Assembly (NCBI GenBank): GCA_050115495.1
Contig: JASFQK010000015.1
Span: 32,001 to 96,000 of the forward strand
Length of the DNA stretch: 64,000 nt
Reading direction: 5' to 3'
From: Phycisphaerae bacterium
Lineage (GTDB): Bacteria; Planctomycetota; Phycisphaerae; UBA1845; Fen-1342
Part shown: piece by piece, positions 37,559 through 48,241 of the stretch
Layout of the letters: each line of letters opens with the position of its first letter
Position numbering within the stretch: position 1 is the first letter of the stretch
Made by a program: the position numbers and the translations under genes
Notes under the pieces: model-generated
Seen by the model: the letters and a program-made list of their open reading frames with translations, nothing else
The model's database searches: none
Told to the model about the DNA's origin: nothing

Positions 37559-39775
37559 ATGACCCGTACATGGAAGGCACTCCGTCGCCCCGACCTGCTG
37601 GCCGGGCTGGTTGTTTCTGCGCTGTTGTTGACCGCGGCTGGTGGCTGCCGGGCAACGCCCGGTACGCAACCAACGTTGCAGCCGATCACCCGCGAGATGC
37701 TCACGGGCCGACCGCCCAACTTCAGCGGCTCGTACGCCCGCGGCATGCGCTGGCTGGACGGCGAGCACTACCTCCACGCCCAGCACGGCGAGCTCAAGCG
37801 CGTCGAGGCCCTCAGCGGAAGCGACGAGGCGGCCTATGACGTCGCGGCCCTGGCGGCGGCGCTCGAGGCCCAGGGCGGTTTTGAGGAGTCCGACGCCAGG
37901 CGCTGCGCCGAGCGGCCGCTCGCCTGGACGGACGATCGTAGCGGCGTGCTCATCCAGCACGAGAGGCGTCTCTACTTCTGCCGGCTGGCCGACGGACAGG
38001 TCGTGCGGCTCACTGAAGAGGCTCGGCCGCGGCGGACGGTCGCCCTGGCGCCCGACGGCTCATCCATCAGCTTCGTTCTGGACAACGACTTGTACGCCAT
38101 CGACACGACGGACGCGAAGGAAGTCCGGCTCACGCAGGACGGCAGCGATACGCTGCTGAACGGCATTCTCGACTGGGTCTACCAGGAGGAGATCTACGGC
38201 CGCGGGGCCTGGGGCGCTCACTGGTGGCGCGACGACGGCCGCTACCTGGCGTACATCCAGCTCGATGAGTCGGCGGTGCCACTATACGCCATCGTCGACT
38301 ACATCCCGCACTTATCGGACATCGAGCGAACGCGCTACCCCAAGGCCGGCGACCCGCTGCCCGTCGCCCGGCTGGGCGTCGCCGACCCGCGCACGGGACA
38401 GACCGTGTGGATCGACCTGCCCCGCCCCGACGACACGGACCTGCTCATCACGCGTGTGGGCTGGACGCCGACGGGGCAGCTCATCTTCACGGTGCAGGAC
38501 CGCGAGCAGCGCTGGCTCGATCTGAACGAGGCCGATCCGCAGACGGGGCGAAGCCGCACGCTGATTCACGAGACGTCGCCGGCCTGGGTGGACCGCCTGC
38601 CGCTGCCGGAGTGGCTGCCGGACGGTTCGTTCCTGTGGCTGAGTGCCCGGCACGGCTATCAGCACGTTTACCACTACACGGCGGATGGGCGGCTGATCGC
38701 CCGGGTAACCGACGGCCCCTGGCCGGTGCGGAATGTGATCGGCTACGACGAAGCGACGGACTACGTATACTTCACCGGCTCGCGCGAAACCGTGCTCGAA
38801 ACGCACGCCTACCGCGTGCCGCTGGGTGGCGGCGAGATCGAGCAGCTCACCGAGCCGGGCTACAGCCACAACGTCAACTTCGATCCGACGCTGCACCTGT
38901 TCTTCGATACGTTCTCGAACGTGGCCACGCCGCCACAGGTCGTGCTGCGCAATGCCGACGGAACGCCGGTGCGGGTCATCAGTGAGAACCACGTCGAGAC
39001 CTTGGAGAAGTACTCGTGGCCGGCGGGCGAGTTGCTTCAGGTCGTCAACCGCAACGGCCGTCCGCTGAACGTCAAGATCATCCGCCCGGCGGACTTCGAC
39101 CCGAGCCGGCGCTACCCGGTGTTGATGCCCGTCTACGGCGGCCCGGACGCGCCGACCGTGCGTAATCGCTGGGGCGGCTATCACGAGCTGTTCGAGCGCT
39201 ACCTCGCCACCCAGGGCTACATGATCTGCTATTGCGACCCGTACTCGGCGACCGGCGGCGTGGCGATTGCCGCCTGGCACGCGTATCGGCGGCTGGGCGA
39301 GGTCGAGCTGGCCGACTACGAGGACGTGGTGCGCTACCTCGTCGAGCACGAGAGCGCCGATCCCGAACGCATCGGCATGACCGGGTACAGCTACGGCGGC
39401 TACATCGTCGCGTATGCCCTGACGCACAGCACGATGTTCAAGATGGGCATCGCCGGCGGGCTGCTCTCCGACTGGCGGAACTACGACGCGGTGTACGTCG
39501 AGCGGTACATGCAGACGCCCGATCACAACCCGGCCGGCTATGACAACGCCGCCGTGTCCAACGCGGCGCACAAGCTGCACGGGCATCTGCTGATCGTGCA
39601 CGGCCTCATGGACGACAACGTGCACTTCCAGAACACGGCGCAGCTCATCAACGCGTTACAGGAGCAGGTGCAGCGGTTCGACCTGATGGTGTATCCGCGC
39701 GACGGACATGGCATCGGCCACGGCCACGCGCACTTCCGCGAGCTGCAACTGCGCTACATCACTGAGAACCTGTGA
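37559..39775 (+). CDS. S9B dipeptidyl peptidase IV family peptidase (probable lipoprotein)
   Basis: DWVYQEE, YPKAG, YGGP, GYSYGG nucleophile, DDNVH, catalytic His in DGHG; lipobox AGGC. Confidence 0.92.
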   Translation: MTRTWKALRRPDLLAGLVVSALLLTAAGGCRATPGTQPTLQPITREMLTGRPPNFSGSYARGMRWLDGEHYLHAQHGELKRVEALSGSDEAAYDVAALAAALEAQGGFEESDARRCAERPLAWTDDRSGVLIQHERRLYFCRLADGQVVRLTEEARPRRTVALAPDGSSISFVLDNDLYAIDTTDAKEVRLTQDGSDTLLNGILDWVYQEEIYGRGAWGAHWWRDDGRYLAYIQLDESAVPLYAIVDYIPHLSDIERTRYPKAGDPLPVARLGVADPRTGQTVWIDLPRPDDTDLLITRVGWTPTGQLIFTVQDREQRWLDLNEADPQTGRSRTLIHETSPAWVDRLPLPEWLPDGSFLWLSARHGYQHVYHYTADGRLIARVTDGPWPVRNVIGYDEATDYVYFTGSRETVLETHAYRVPLGGGEIEQLTEPGYSHNVNFDPTLHLFFDTFSNVATPPQVVLRNADGTPVRVISENHVETLEKYSWPAGELLQVVNRNGRPLNVKIIRPADFDPSRRYPVLMPVYGGPDAPTVRNRWGGYHELFERYLATQGYMICYCDPYSATGGVAIAAWHAYRRLGEVELADYEDVVRYLVEHESADPERIGMTGYSYGGYIVAYALTHSTMFKMGIAGGLLSDWRNYDAVYVERYMQTPDHNPAGYDNAAVSNAAHKLHGHLLIVHGLMDDNVHFQNTAQLINALQEQVQRFDLMVYPRDGHGIGHGHAHFRELQLRYITENL

Positions 39776-39872
39776 CCCCCCCTGCCGGTCGCGGCGACAT
39801 CGCCGATCCGCGCGCAAACGGCGCGAGATCCGACGCACGCGGCGACCGCTGCCCCCCTGCCGTCAGAGTCGG

Positions 39873-40007
39873 TCAGACCGCCGCGAGTTGGCGACCGATC
39901 CGCCGCCGGCGGCTGATGATCTTGCGCCCGAGGCGCGTCCGCATCCTCGCCCGAAAGCCGGACTTGCGCAGACGCTTGATCTTGCTGATGCGATGAGGAT
40001 AGTGCAT
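39873..40007 (-). CDS. rpmH: 50S ribosomal protein L34
   Basis: MHYPHRISKIKRLRKSGFRARMRTRLGRKIISRRRRIGR, containing the GFRARM signature. Confidence 0.9.
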   Translation of the reverse strand: MHYPHRISKIKRLRKSGFRARMRTRLGRKIISRRRRIGRQLAAV

Positions 40008-40283
40008 GGCTTCGTCTACTTCTCTGCCGGCGATCCCCGGGTCGGGCTCTGCAACGTCGGCGAGCCGCCCGGGCAGACGCCCGTTGAGTCCATCTTCGAT
40101 ACCCGGCCACCCCGCCCGACACCAGGCAGCGGCCGGCACTGATACAGAACCGTAATTATGCCACGAATCCCCGCCGGCGCCAACCAGCCGCGCTACCGGG
40201 GGTCAGCTTGCCGGGGGCAGGCGCGTTGGATAGAGTACTCCCTTTCATCCCAACACCGTTTTCCGCGTCCCCCGGAGGACCAC

Positions 40284-42245
40284 ATGGACGATAACGCGGC
40301 GATGCACAGGAAGGCCGCCGACCTTGGCAAACTCGTTGTTCGCATGACCGCCCTGGCCGGCTCCGGGCACCCTTCCAGTGCCCTCTCGCTCGCCCACGTG
40401 GTCACCGCCCTGATGTACCGGCGGATGCGGTACGATCCGGCGAACCCGTGGCATGCGACGGCCGACCGGCTGGTCCTCTCCGAAGGCCACGCCGTCCCGA
40501 TCGTTTACGCCGCTTATGCGGACCTTGGCGGGACCGTCGGCCGGGACCGGGATTCGGCCCGCGGGTTGACCGTCGCGGACGTCGATACGCTCCGGGATCG
40601 CGGCAGCGTCCTCGACGGCCACCCCAACCCCGGCGAAGGCTTCCCCTTCTTCGATGCCGCCACCGGCAGCCTGGGCCAGGGGCTCAGCGCCGCCGCCGGC
40701 CTGGCGCTCGCCGCCCGGCTCGACCGGTCCGATCGGCGTGTGTACGCCCTCGTCGGCGACGGCGAGTCGCGCGAGGGGCAGATCTGGGAGGCCGCCGACT
40801 TCATCGTCGATCACGGGCTCAAGAACGTCTGTGCCGTCTTCAACGCCAACGGGCAGGGGCAGGCGGCCAACGTCTCGCCGCAGCAATCCGCGACCAGGCT
40901 CGTCGCCAAGCTGCGAGCTTTCGGCTGGCAGGTGGTCGAGGTGGACGGGCACGATCCGGCGGCGGTCGACGCGGCCCTGGCGAAGGCCGGCAAGTCCCGC
41001 CGACCGCTGGCCATCGTCGCCCGCACGATCAAGGGCTGGGGCGTCGATCAGCTCCTCCAGGGCAACTGGCACGGCAAGCCGCTCAAGCCCGATCAACTCC
41101 CCGCCGCCGACGCGAGCCTCGATCGCGCCGTCGAACACCTGGCGGGGATTAACGACACACTGGATCGGCCACCGCTGCCGGCGAAGCCGAAACACAAGCC
41201 AGTTTCACGGCCGAATCCGCGCGAGGTGGAATGGCCGGCGTTCGCCGAAGTGATGGAATCGGGCGGTCTCAGCGGCGCCATGGCCAAGGGCAAGCTGTCC
41301 ACACGGCGGGCGTACGGGGCGACGCTCAGGGTCGCCGGCGATCTGCTACCGCAGGTGGTGGCCCTCGACGGCGACGTGAGCAACTCGACCTTCGTCAACA
41401 TCTTCGGCGCGGCGCACGCGGAGCGCTTCTTCGAGTGCAAGATCGCCGAGCAGAACATGGTTTCGGTGGCGGTCGGGCTGTCGGCGGCGGGGTTCATCTC
41501 GTTCGTGAACTCGTTCGCGAAGTTCCTGTCGCGGGCGACCGATCAGATCGAACTGGCCAACCTGTCGCGGGCCAACATCAAGATCGTCGGCTCGCACGCC
41601 GGCATCACGCCCTCGGCCGACGGGCCAAGCCAAATGGCCCTGCCCGACGTGGCGTACTTCCGGGCGTTCACCACCGTGCGCGGCGATGATCGCGTCAATC
41701 CGCTGTGCTGGTGCTTCCAGCCGGCGGACGCCGTCGCCGCCTATCACTGCACGCGGCTCATGCTCGAAAAGACCGGCATGTGCTACATGCGGACGCATCG
41801 GCCGGACGTGCCGCTGCTCTACGACGCGCAGACGAGCTTCGAGCCGGGCGGCTGCCACGTGCTGGCCACCGGCGATGATCTCACGCTCATCTCCGCCGGC
41901 TACATGGTGCACGTCGCCCGGGAAGCGGCGGCGCTGCTGGCGCGGCAGAACCTGCGGGTCACGGTGGTCGATGCGTACAGCCTGCCGCTGAACGCCGAGC
42001 GGCTGGCCGAGATCATGCAGCGTGGCGGGGGCCGGGCGCTGGTCGTCGAAGACAACTACGGCGCCGGCCTCGGAGCGGCGGTCGCCGAGGTGGCCGCAGC
42101 GCAGGGCGGCGTTCAGGTGCGCACGCTCTGTTGCGAGCGTCTGCCGAAGTCGACGCGCGACATTCCCGAGATCCTCGACTATTGCGGCGTGAGCGCCCCG
42201 CAGATTGCGGACCACGCCCTGGCCATGCTGCGGCAGCCGCAATGA
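40284..42245 (+). CDS. tkt: Transketolase (single chain)
   Basis: SGHPSS, LSEGHA, TGSLGQG, GDGESREG...N, IAEQNM, DGPSQM; GGAGG RBS. Confidence 0.92.
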   Translation: MDDNAAMHRKAADLGKLVVRMTALAGSGHPSSALSLAHVVTALMYRRMRYDPANPWHATADRLVLSEGHAVPIVYAAYADLGGTVGRDRDSARGLTVADVDTLRDRGSVLDGHPNPGEGFPFFDAATGSLGQGLSAAAGLALAARLDRSDRRVYALVGDGESREGQIWEAADFIVDHGLKNVCAVFNANGQGQAANVSPQQSATRLVAKLRAFGWQVVEVDGHDPAAVDAALAKAGKSRRPLAIVARTIKGWGVDQLLQGNWHGKPLKPDQLPAADASLDRAVEHLAGINDTLDRPPLPAKPKHKPVSRPNPREVEWPAFAEVMESGGLSGAMAKGKLSTRRAYGATLRVAGDLLPQVVALDGDVSNSTFVNIFGAAHAERFFECKIAEQNMVSVAVGLSAAGFISFVNSFAKFLSRATDQIELANLSRANIKIVGSHAGITPSADGPSQMALPDVAYFRAFTTVRGDDRVNPLCWCFQPADAVAAYHCTRLMLEKTGMCYMRTHRPDVPLLYDAQTSFEPGGCHVLATGDDLTLISAGYMVHVAREAAALLARQNLRVTVVDAYSLPLNAERLAEIMQRGGGRALVVEDNYGAGLGAAVAEVAAAQGGVQVRTLCCERLPKSTRDIPEILDYCGVSAPQIADHALAMLRQPQ

Positions 42246-43249
42246 ACCTTGTCACCGGAGCCAGCGGGCTGCTCGGCAGCCACATCGTCGAACAACTGCG
42301 TCGCCGGAACCAGCCCGTCCGCGTCCTGATGCGTCCCGGCAGCGATCGCCGCTGGCTGGAGACGCAGGGCGTCGAGTTCGTCGAGGGCGATATCACCGAG
42401 CCGGCGACGCTCGCCGCGGCCTGCGCCGGCGTCGATGCCGTGTATCACTCGGCGGCCAAGGTCGGCGACTGGGGCCCGTGGGAGGAGTTCGAGCGGGTCA
42501 CCATCGGCGGCACGCGGAACATGCTCGAAGCCGCCGCCGCCGCGGGCGTTCGGCGATTCGTGCACATCAGCTCGATCAGCGTCTTCGGGTACTACACCAA
42601 GGACCAGACGATCGACGAGTCGTTCCCGACGGGCTACGGGCTGTACCACTGGGCGTACTACAGCAAGTCGAAGATCGCCGCTGAAGAGCTGGCGCTCGAC
42701 GCTCATCGCCGGGGGCGCATCGAAGTCTCCGTCATTCGGCCGGCGTGGATCTACGGTCCGCGGGATCGGGCGACGATCGCCCGGTTGCATCGCATGGTTT
42801 CGAAGGGGCAGGCGAAGATCCTCGGCCGGGGCGACAACCGGCTGAACGTGGTCTACGCCGGCAACGTCGCCGAGGCAGCCATCACCGCCGCCGGTCTGCC
42901 CGAAGCGGCCGGCGAAGTGTTCAATTGCAGCAACGACGGTGAGATTACGCAGCAGGAGTACTTCGACCTGCTGGCCCGGACGTGCGGCGCACCGCCCGTG
43001 CGGCGACACGTGCCCTACCGCATCGCTTATCTCGCCGGCTTCGTGCTGGAATGCCTGGGGCACCTGCTGCACTGGCGCAAGCCGCCGTTCGTGACGCGTT
43101 ACGCGGTGTGGCTGATGGGCCGGCGGTCGTACTTCTCCGCGGAGAAGGCTCGGCGTGTGCTGGGCTGGCAGGCAACCGTCACATACGACGTCGGCGTCCC
43201 GCTGACGATCAAGTGGTACCTGGAACATGAACGCGAGGCTGCTTCGTAA
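42242..43249 (+). CDS. NAD-dependent epimerase/dehydratase (extended SDR, 3-beta-HSD-like)
   Basis: TGASGLLG, YSKSK (YxxxK), IRPAWIYGPRD; ATGA overlap with tkt. Confidence 0.88.
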   Translation: MNLVTGASGLLGSHIVEQLRRRNQPVRVLMRPGSDRRWLETQGVEFVEGDITEPATLAAACAGVDAVYHSAAKVGDWGPWEEFERVTIGGTRNMLEAAAAAGVRRFVHISSISVFGYYTKDQTIDESFPTGYGLYHWAYYSKSKIAAEELALDAHRRGRIEVSVIRPAWIYGPRDRATIARLHRMVSKGQAKILGRGDNRLNVVYAGNVAEAAITAAGLPEAAGEVFNCSNDGEITQQEYFDLLARTCGAPPVRRHVPYRIAYLAGFVLECLGHLLHWRKPPFVTRYAVWLMGRRSYFSAEKARRVLGWQATVTYDVGVPLTIKWYLEHEREAAS

Positions 43250-44273
43250 CTGCGCCGGACGGGCGCTGCTCGGTGCTGCCCTGCTGCTGTCGCTCGCGGC
43301 CTGCGACCGACCGTCGGGCCCGCAGCGCGTCAGCGGCACGTACGCCATGATGGGCACCGAGGCGACGATCACCGTGATCGCCGACGAGGCCAAGATCGCG
43401 CGGCGGGCGGCGAGCGGCGCCTTTGCTCGCCTGGGAAGAGTCAACTTCCTGATGAGCGACTACACCGCCAACAGCGAGATCGGCCTGCTCAACCGGCTTG
43501 GCCCGAACAGAAGGCTGGTCGTGTCGCCGGAGACGTTCGCTTGCGTGGAGGCGGCCCTGAACGTCGCCGAGCGTAGCGGCGGCGCGTTCGATCCGACGTG
43601 TCGTCCGCTCGTGCATCTGTGGAAGGAAGCGGGCAAGGCGGGCCGGCTGCCGTCGGCAGAGGCACTGGCGGAGGTGCGGCAGCGCGTCGGCTGGCAGAAA
43701 GTGCGGCTCAATCACACGGACCACTCGGTGGCCCTCACCGTCGACGGTATGCAGTTGGATCTCGGCGGCATTGCCAAGGGCTACGCCCTCGACCTGGCGG
43801 CGAAGGGCATGCTTGTCCATCCGGTCAAGGGCGGCCTGGTCGACGTCGGCGGCGACATCGTCGCGTTTGGCAAGCAGGAAGACGGCGGATTGTGGCACGT
43901 CGGCATACGCGACCCGTTTCAGCCCGACCACACCAAGAGCATGTTCGTCCTCGAGTTGACCGACCTCGCCGTCTGCACGTCGGGAATGCAGGAACGCTTC
44001 TACGAGATCGAGGGGCGCCGCTACTCGCACATCGTCGATCCGCGCACCGGGCAGCCGGCGGCGGAAGCTCCGGCCGTCACGGTCATCGGCCCCGACGGCA
44101 TGACCGCCGACGCGTGGGCCACGACGCTGAGCGTGCTGAGTGTGGCGGAAGGGCAGACCCTGCTGGCCGGGCCGGCCGCCGACGTGGGCCTCGAAGTCAT
44201 GTGGATCACCGGCACCGCCGACGCCCCGCAGATTACGAAGACGGCGGGGTTCGACCGTTACCTGGTCAAATGA
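43227..44273 (+). CDS. apbE: FAD:protein FMN transferase (lipoprotein)
   Basis: MGT, GAFDPT, DLGGIAKGY, GGD, TSG, HIVDPRTG, ADAWAT; lipobox LAAC; adjacent to rnf. Confidence 0.93.
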   Translation: MNARLLRNCAGRALLGAALLLSLAACDRPSGPQRVSGTYAMMGTEATITVIADEAKIARRAASGAFARLGRVNFLMSDYTANSEIGLLNRLGPNRRLVVSPETFACVEAALNVAERSGGAFDPTCRPLVHLWKEAGKAGRLPSAEALAEVRQRVGWQKVRLNHTDHSVALTVDGMQLDLGGIAKGYALDLAAKGMLVHPVKGGLVDVGGDIVAFGKQEDGGLWHVGIRDPFQPDHTKSMFVLELTDLAVCTSGMQERFYEIEGRRYSHIVDPRTGQPAAEAPAVTVIGPDGMTADAWATTLSVLSVAEGQTLLAGPAADVGLEVMWITGTADAPQITKTAGFDRYLVK

Positions 44274-44302
44274 CGACGTGATCGACCGAACGGCGCCGTA
44301 CG

Positions 44303-45175
44303 CTACTCGCTCGCGGCGGCGGTGGCCGCCTCTTCCTCGGCCAGTTGCTCCACGTACTCGGGCTTGGGTTCGCCGAAGTAGACGAGCACCTTCGCCGGGC
44401 ACTTGGCGAAGACGGGGGCGAACTGCTCCTGACCCGTCTCCGGCGTGTACTTGTCGTAGTTCAGGTGGGCGAGGTTGTCGGTGACCTCGAACAGGTCGGC
44501 GAAGATGCGCTGGCAGGCCTTGCAGCCGACACAGCCGACGTCGCAGACCTGCTTGACGTTGCGGGCCGGCTCCTTGTTGGCGCAGGCGACGACGAGCATC
44601 TGCTCACGCTTGAAGGGAATCTGCTCGATGAGGTTCCGCGGGCAGGCCTTCACGCAGGCACCGCAGCCGGTGCACATGGCGTAATCGACTTCGGGCTTGC
44701 CCTCGATCATGTGGAGGGCGTCGAAGTTGCACGCCCGCGAGCAGTCGCCGAACCCGAGGCAGCCATACGTGCACGCCTGGGTGACACCGACGATGTTCGC
44801 CTCGGCGCACGTCCGCACGCCGTCGTAGGGCACCACGCCGTGCTTGTCCGCGGTGCGGGCGGCGCAATGGATCACCGGCCGATAGGGGAAGGTCTTGACG
44901 ACCTCGATGCCGAGGATTTCGGCGACCTTCTCGGCGGTCTTCGAGCCGCCGACGGGACAGCCGTCGCACTCGGCGCGGCCTTCGACGACGGCTTTGGCGA
45001 AATCGGCGCAGCCGGCGAAGCCGCAGCCACCGCAGTTGGCCGACGGCAGGGCGTCGGTCACCGCGGGGATGCGCGGGTCTTCCACGACCTTGAGCTTCTC
45101 CTTGGCCACGCCGAGGAGGGTCGCAAACGCGAGCGTCAGTCCGAACAGCACGATTCCGGCCAGCAGCACCACCAT
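44303..45175 (-). CDS. rnfB: Rnf electron transport complex subunit B
   Basis: N-terminal TM, LPSANCGGCGFAGC, CPVGG, CLGFGDC, CTGCGACVKACP. Confidence 0.92.
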   Translation of the reverse strand: MVVLLAGIVLFGLTLAFATLLGVAKEKLKVVEDPRIPAVTDALPSANCGGCGFAGCADFAKAVVEGRAECDGCPVGGSKTAEKVAEILGIEVVKTFPYRPVIHCAARTADKHGVVPYDGVRTCAEANIVGVTQACTYGCLGFGDCSRACNFDALHMIEGKPEVDYAMCTGCGACVKACPRNLIEQIPFKREQMLVVACANKEPARNVKQVCDVGCVGCKACQRIFADLFEVTDNLAHLNYDKYTPETGQEQFAPVFAKCPAKVLVYFGEPKPEYVEQLAEEEAATAAASE

Positions 45176-45194
45176 GGTGTACGTCTCCGCAGTC

Positions 45195-45818
45195 TTACTT
45201 GCCCATCCCGGTGAAGCCCATGAACGCCAGGGCCAGAATGCCCGCAACCAGGAGTGTGATGCCCGCACCCTGTAACGACTTAGGCACGTCGCTGAAGCGA
45301 ATGTGCTCGCGGATGCCGGCCATGATGGTGATGGCCATCATGAAGCCGATGCCGCCGCCGAAAGCGAAGATCGCCGATTGCAGCAGGCTCCGCTGGTAGT
45401 CCTCGTTCATGTCGATCAGCAGGCAGGCCCCCAGGATGGCGCAGTTGGTCGTGATCAGCGGCAAGAACACGCCGAACGCTGTGTACAGCGGCGGGAAGAA
45501 CTTCTTCAGGTACATCTCGACGAGCTGGACCATCGAGGCGATGACCATGATGAAGGCGACGTACTTCAGGAAGTACAGCGCCCCCGGATTGCCGAGCAAA
45601 TTGGCCCCGATGGGCTCGAAGATGCCGTGGACGATGAGCCAGGTGACGATGCCCGAGACGGTCATGACGAAGGTGACAGCGCAGCCCATGCCGAAGGCCA
45701 TGTCCACCTTGCGCGACACACCGAGGAAGGGGCAGATGCCCAGGAAACCCTGAAGCACCAGGTTGTTCACCAGGACGACGCTGATGAAGACGCCGACGAG
45801 TGCGCCGAAATCCATCAC
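45195..45818 (-). CDS. rnfA: Rnf subunit A
   Basis: FLGICPFLGVS, FLPLITTNCAILG. Confidence 0.93.
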   Translation of the reverse strand: MMDFGALVGVFISVVLVNNLVLQGFLGICPFLGVSRKVDMAFGMGCAVTFVMTVSGIVTWLIVHGIFEPIGANLLGNPGALYFLKYVAFIMVIASMVQLVEMYLKKFFPPLYTAFGVFLPLITTNCAILGACLLIDMNEDYQRSLLQSAIFAFGGGIGFMMAITIMAGIREHIRFSDVPKSLQGAGITLLVAGILALAFMGFTGMGK

Positions 45819-46444
45819 GCACCTCCCTGCGCCCGGCGGGCGCGGACGTGGTTGAAGATGCCGATGACCACGCCGAGCGTCAGAAACGCCCCCGGCGGCA
45901 GGATCATGATGATCCAGGCGTGGGGCTCAAACAGCTTGAGGTTCAACGGCGTCCAGCCCAGGATCGTCCCCGAACCCATCGCCTCGCGGATCACACCGAG
46001 GATGCACAGAGCGATGGTGAAGCCCAGGCCGATGCCGGCGGCGTCCGCCAGCGAACGCCCCAGGCCGCTCTTGATGGCTACCACCTCGGCACGGCAGATG
46101 ATGATGCAATTGACGATGATCAACGGGACGAAGGGGCCGAGGTTGACGCTGATCTCCCACACGAACGCCTTCAGCACCAGGTCGGCGATCGTCACGAACG
46201 TGGCGATGGTGAGCGTGAAGATGAGGATGCGCACGTGCGGCTTGATCAGATGCCGCAGCGTGCTGGTGATCAGGTTGGACATGAACACCACGAACGTCGC
46301 CGCCAGCCCCATCACCAGGGCGTTCGCCACCGAGTTGGTGATGGCCAGCGTCGGACACATCCCCAGGAGCTGCACCAGCACCGGGTTGTTAGACAGCACG
46401 CCCTCCTTGAACTGCTGGAGGTTGGAGCCGTTTTCGTCTGCCAT
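45815..46444 (-). CDS. rnfE: Rnf subunit E
   Basis: NPVLVQLLGMCPTLA, PLIIVNC, LPPGAF. Confidence 0.93.
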   Translation of the reverse strand: MADENGSNLQQFKEGVLSNNPVLVQLLGMCPTLAITNSVANALVMGLAATFVVFMSNLITSTLRHLIKPHVRILIFTLTIATFVTIADLVLKAFVWEISVNLGPFVPLIIVNCIIICRAEVVAIKSGLGRSLADAAGIGLGFTIALCILGVIREAMGSGTILGWTPLNLKLFEPHAWIIMILPPGAFLTLGVVIGIFNHVRARRAQGGA

Positions 46445-46487
46445 GCGCTTGCACTCCCGTCATCCGCCGCCGCGGGCGGATCGCCGG

Positions 46488-47054
46488 CTACTCGTAGGTC
46501 AGTTCGCTCAGCCGCGGCCGCACCTCGCTGGTTACGCGGTTGAGGATGTCGGTCACGTAGTTGCTCGAATAGGTGGCGCCGGTAATGGCCTTGATTTCGT
46601 TCGCGCCCTCCGCCGGGTCGTTCTTGGTCACCGTCGCCGGCCGGGCGGCGTCCAGGCCGCGGTACTGAAGAATCCACTCGCCGCGAATCTTGTTGCCCAA
46701 CCCGGGGGTCTCCTTGTCGTCAATCACCTTGACACCGAGCACCTTCTCGCCGGCCAGATCGAGGCCCACGACAACCGTGAGCTTGTCGACGAAGCCGATG
46801 CCGGTCGCCCTGACAGCCCAGCCGACCTGCTGGCCGTCGGCGTCGAGGCACTTGAAGACCGTCGTCTTCTCGTCGAACTTCGCCTCGGGCATCTGCACGG
46901 TGCCCGGAGTGACGTCGCCGATCGCCTCTTCCAGGGCCTGCTTCCGGTTCGCCTGGATCTTCGCGTCCAGCGACGTCTGCGTGCCCGCCAGCAGCACCGC
47001 GAACACGATGCCCATCACCAGTACCAGCCACGATTCGTCCACGAATTTCTTCAC
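46488..47054 (-). CDS. rnfG: Rnf subunit G (FMN-binding)
   Basis: GTG 47054; N-terminal TM, ETPGLG, flavinylation motif ITGATYSS. Confidence 0.9.
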   Translation of the reverse strand: MKKFVDESWLVLVMGIVFAVLLAGTQTSLDAKIQANRKQALEEAIGDVTPGTVQMPEAKFDEKTTVFKCLDADGQQVGWAVRATGIGFVDKLTVVVGLDLAGEKVLGVKVIDDKETPGLGNKIRGEWILQYRGLDAARPATVTKNDPAEGANEIKAITGATYSSNYVTDILNRVTSEVRPRLSELTYE

Positions 47055-47101
47055 TGCACCGTCTCCCTTTCGCCGGGCCCGCAGCGCCCGGCGAAGTGTA
47101 C

Positions 47102-48223
47102 CTAGGCCGCCGGCACCTTCCCGCCAAACGGTGTCGGCACCGTCCAGCGCTCGATCAGGGGCGTCAGGGCGTTCATGATCAGAATCGCGAACATGAACCC
47201 TTCCGGGTACACGCCGAACACACGAATCAGCACCACCAGCACACCCACGCCGACGGCGAAAACCCACCGTCCGCGCGGCGTAACCGGCGCCCCGACGTAG
47301 TCCGTGGCGATGAAGAACGCCCCGAACATCAGGGCCCCGCTGGTCAGTTGGTACAGCGGGTTGGCGTAGCGGCCCGAGTCGATCAGATACAGAATCGTCG
47401 TGAACACCGCCACGCTGCCCAGCACCCCTACCGGCATCCGCCAGTCCGCCACCCGCCGGATCACCAGGTACATCCCGGCGAGGAAGGCGATCAGGGCGCT
47501 GGTCTCACCGACGCAGCCACGGACGTTGCCGATGAGCAGTTGCCAGAGCCCGGGCATCTCCTGGCGGACCTTCTCGGCCTCGGCCACGAACTCCTCGGCC
47601 TTGTCCGGGTCGGCCTGCGCCTTGCCGACGAACTCCCGCAGCTTGGCCGCCTGGTACAGCGGCGTCGCGGTCGACGTGGCGTCGACACCCGCGGCCTTCA
47701 TCGGCGCCGTATGCGACCACAGAACCATCGCCGCCGGGAAGCAGATCATCAGAAACGCCCGGCCGACCATCGCCGGGTTAAACAGGTTCTGGCCCAGCCC
47801 GCCGAACACGGCCTTGGCCAGGGCAATAGCGACGATGCCGCCGATGAAGGCCATGTAGAACTTCGACGACGTGGCCATCGACGGAGGCAGCGAGAAGGCC
47901 AGGATCATACCGGTGACGATGGCCGAGCCGTCGGCCAGCGACGACTGCCGCCGACCGCGGATCCAGTTGGCCGCCGCCTCCGCCACCAGGCAGCCCGCCA
48001 CGGTCGTGACGACCAGCACCAGGGCCGACAGCCGGTACATGTAGATGGCCACGGCCAGCAGCGGCAGCATGGCCAGCACGACCTCGAACATGATCCGCCG
48101 GGTCGTCGTGCCCTCGCTCAGGTGTGGCGACGACGCGACGTGGAAAGCCGGAGGCGGCGCCGGTTCGGCCGGCTTCTCCGGCGGGGGAGGTACGCTATCT
48201 GCCTGACTCATCGAATCGGCCAC
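47102..48223 (-). CDS. rnfD: Rnf subunit D
   Basis: SPH, FGGLGQNLFNPA, DATSTATPL (FMN site), GETS, FIATDY, YPEG. Confidence 0.93.
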   Translation of the reverse strand: MADSMSQADSVPPPPEKPAEPAPPPAFHVASSPHLSEGTTTRRIMFEVVLAMLPLLAVAIYMYRLSALVLVVTTVAGCLVAEAAANWIRGRRQSSLADGSAIVTGMILAFSLPPSMATSSKFYMAFIGGIVAIALAKAVFGGLGQNLFNPAMVGRAFLMICFPAAMVLWSHTAPMKAAGVDATSTATPLYQAAKLREFVGKAQADPDKAEEFVAEAEKVRQEMPGLWQLLIGNVRGCVGETSALIAFLAGMYLVIRRVADWRMPVGVLGSVAVFTTILYLIDSGRYANPLYQLTSGALMFGAFFIATDYVGAPVTPRGRWVFAVGVGVLVVLIRVFGVYPEGFMFAILIMNALTPLIERWTVPTPFGGKVPAA

Positions 48224-48241
48224 TCCTCTCAGATGCGCTGA

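Noticed and set aside
37559..37650. Tat signal in the DPP-IV peptidase next to tatA
   Set aside because: LRRPDLL fits the S/T-R-R-x-F-L-K consensus poorly; adjacency alone is insufficient.
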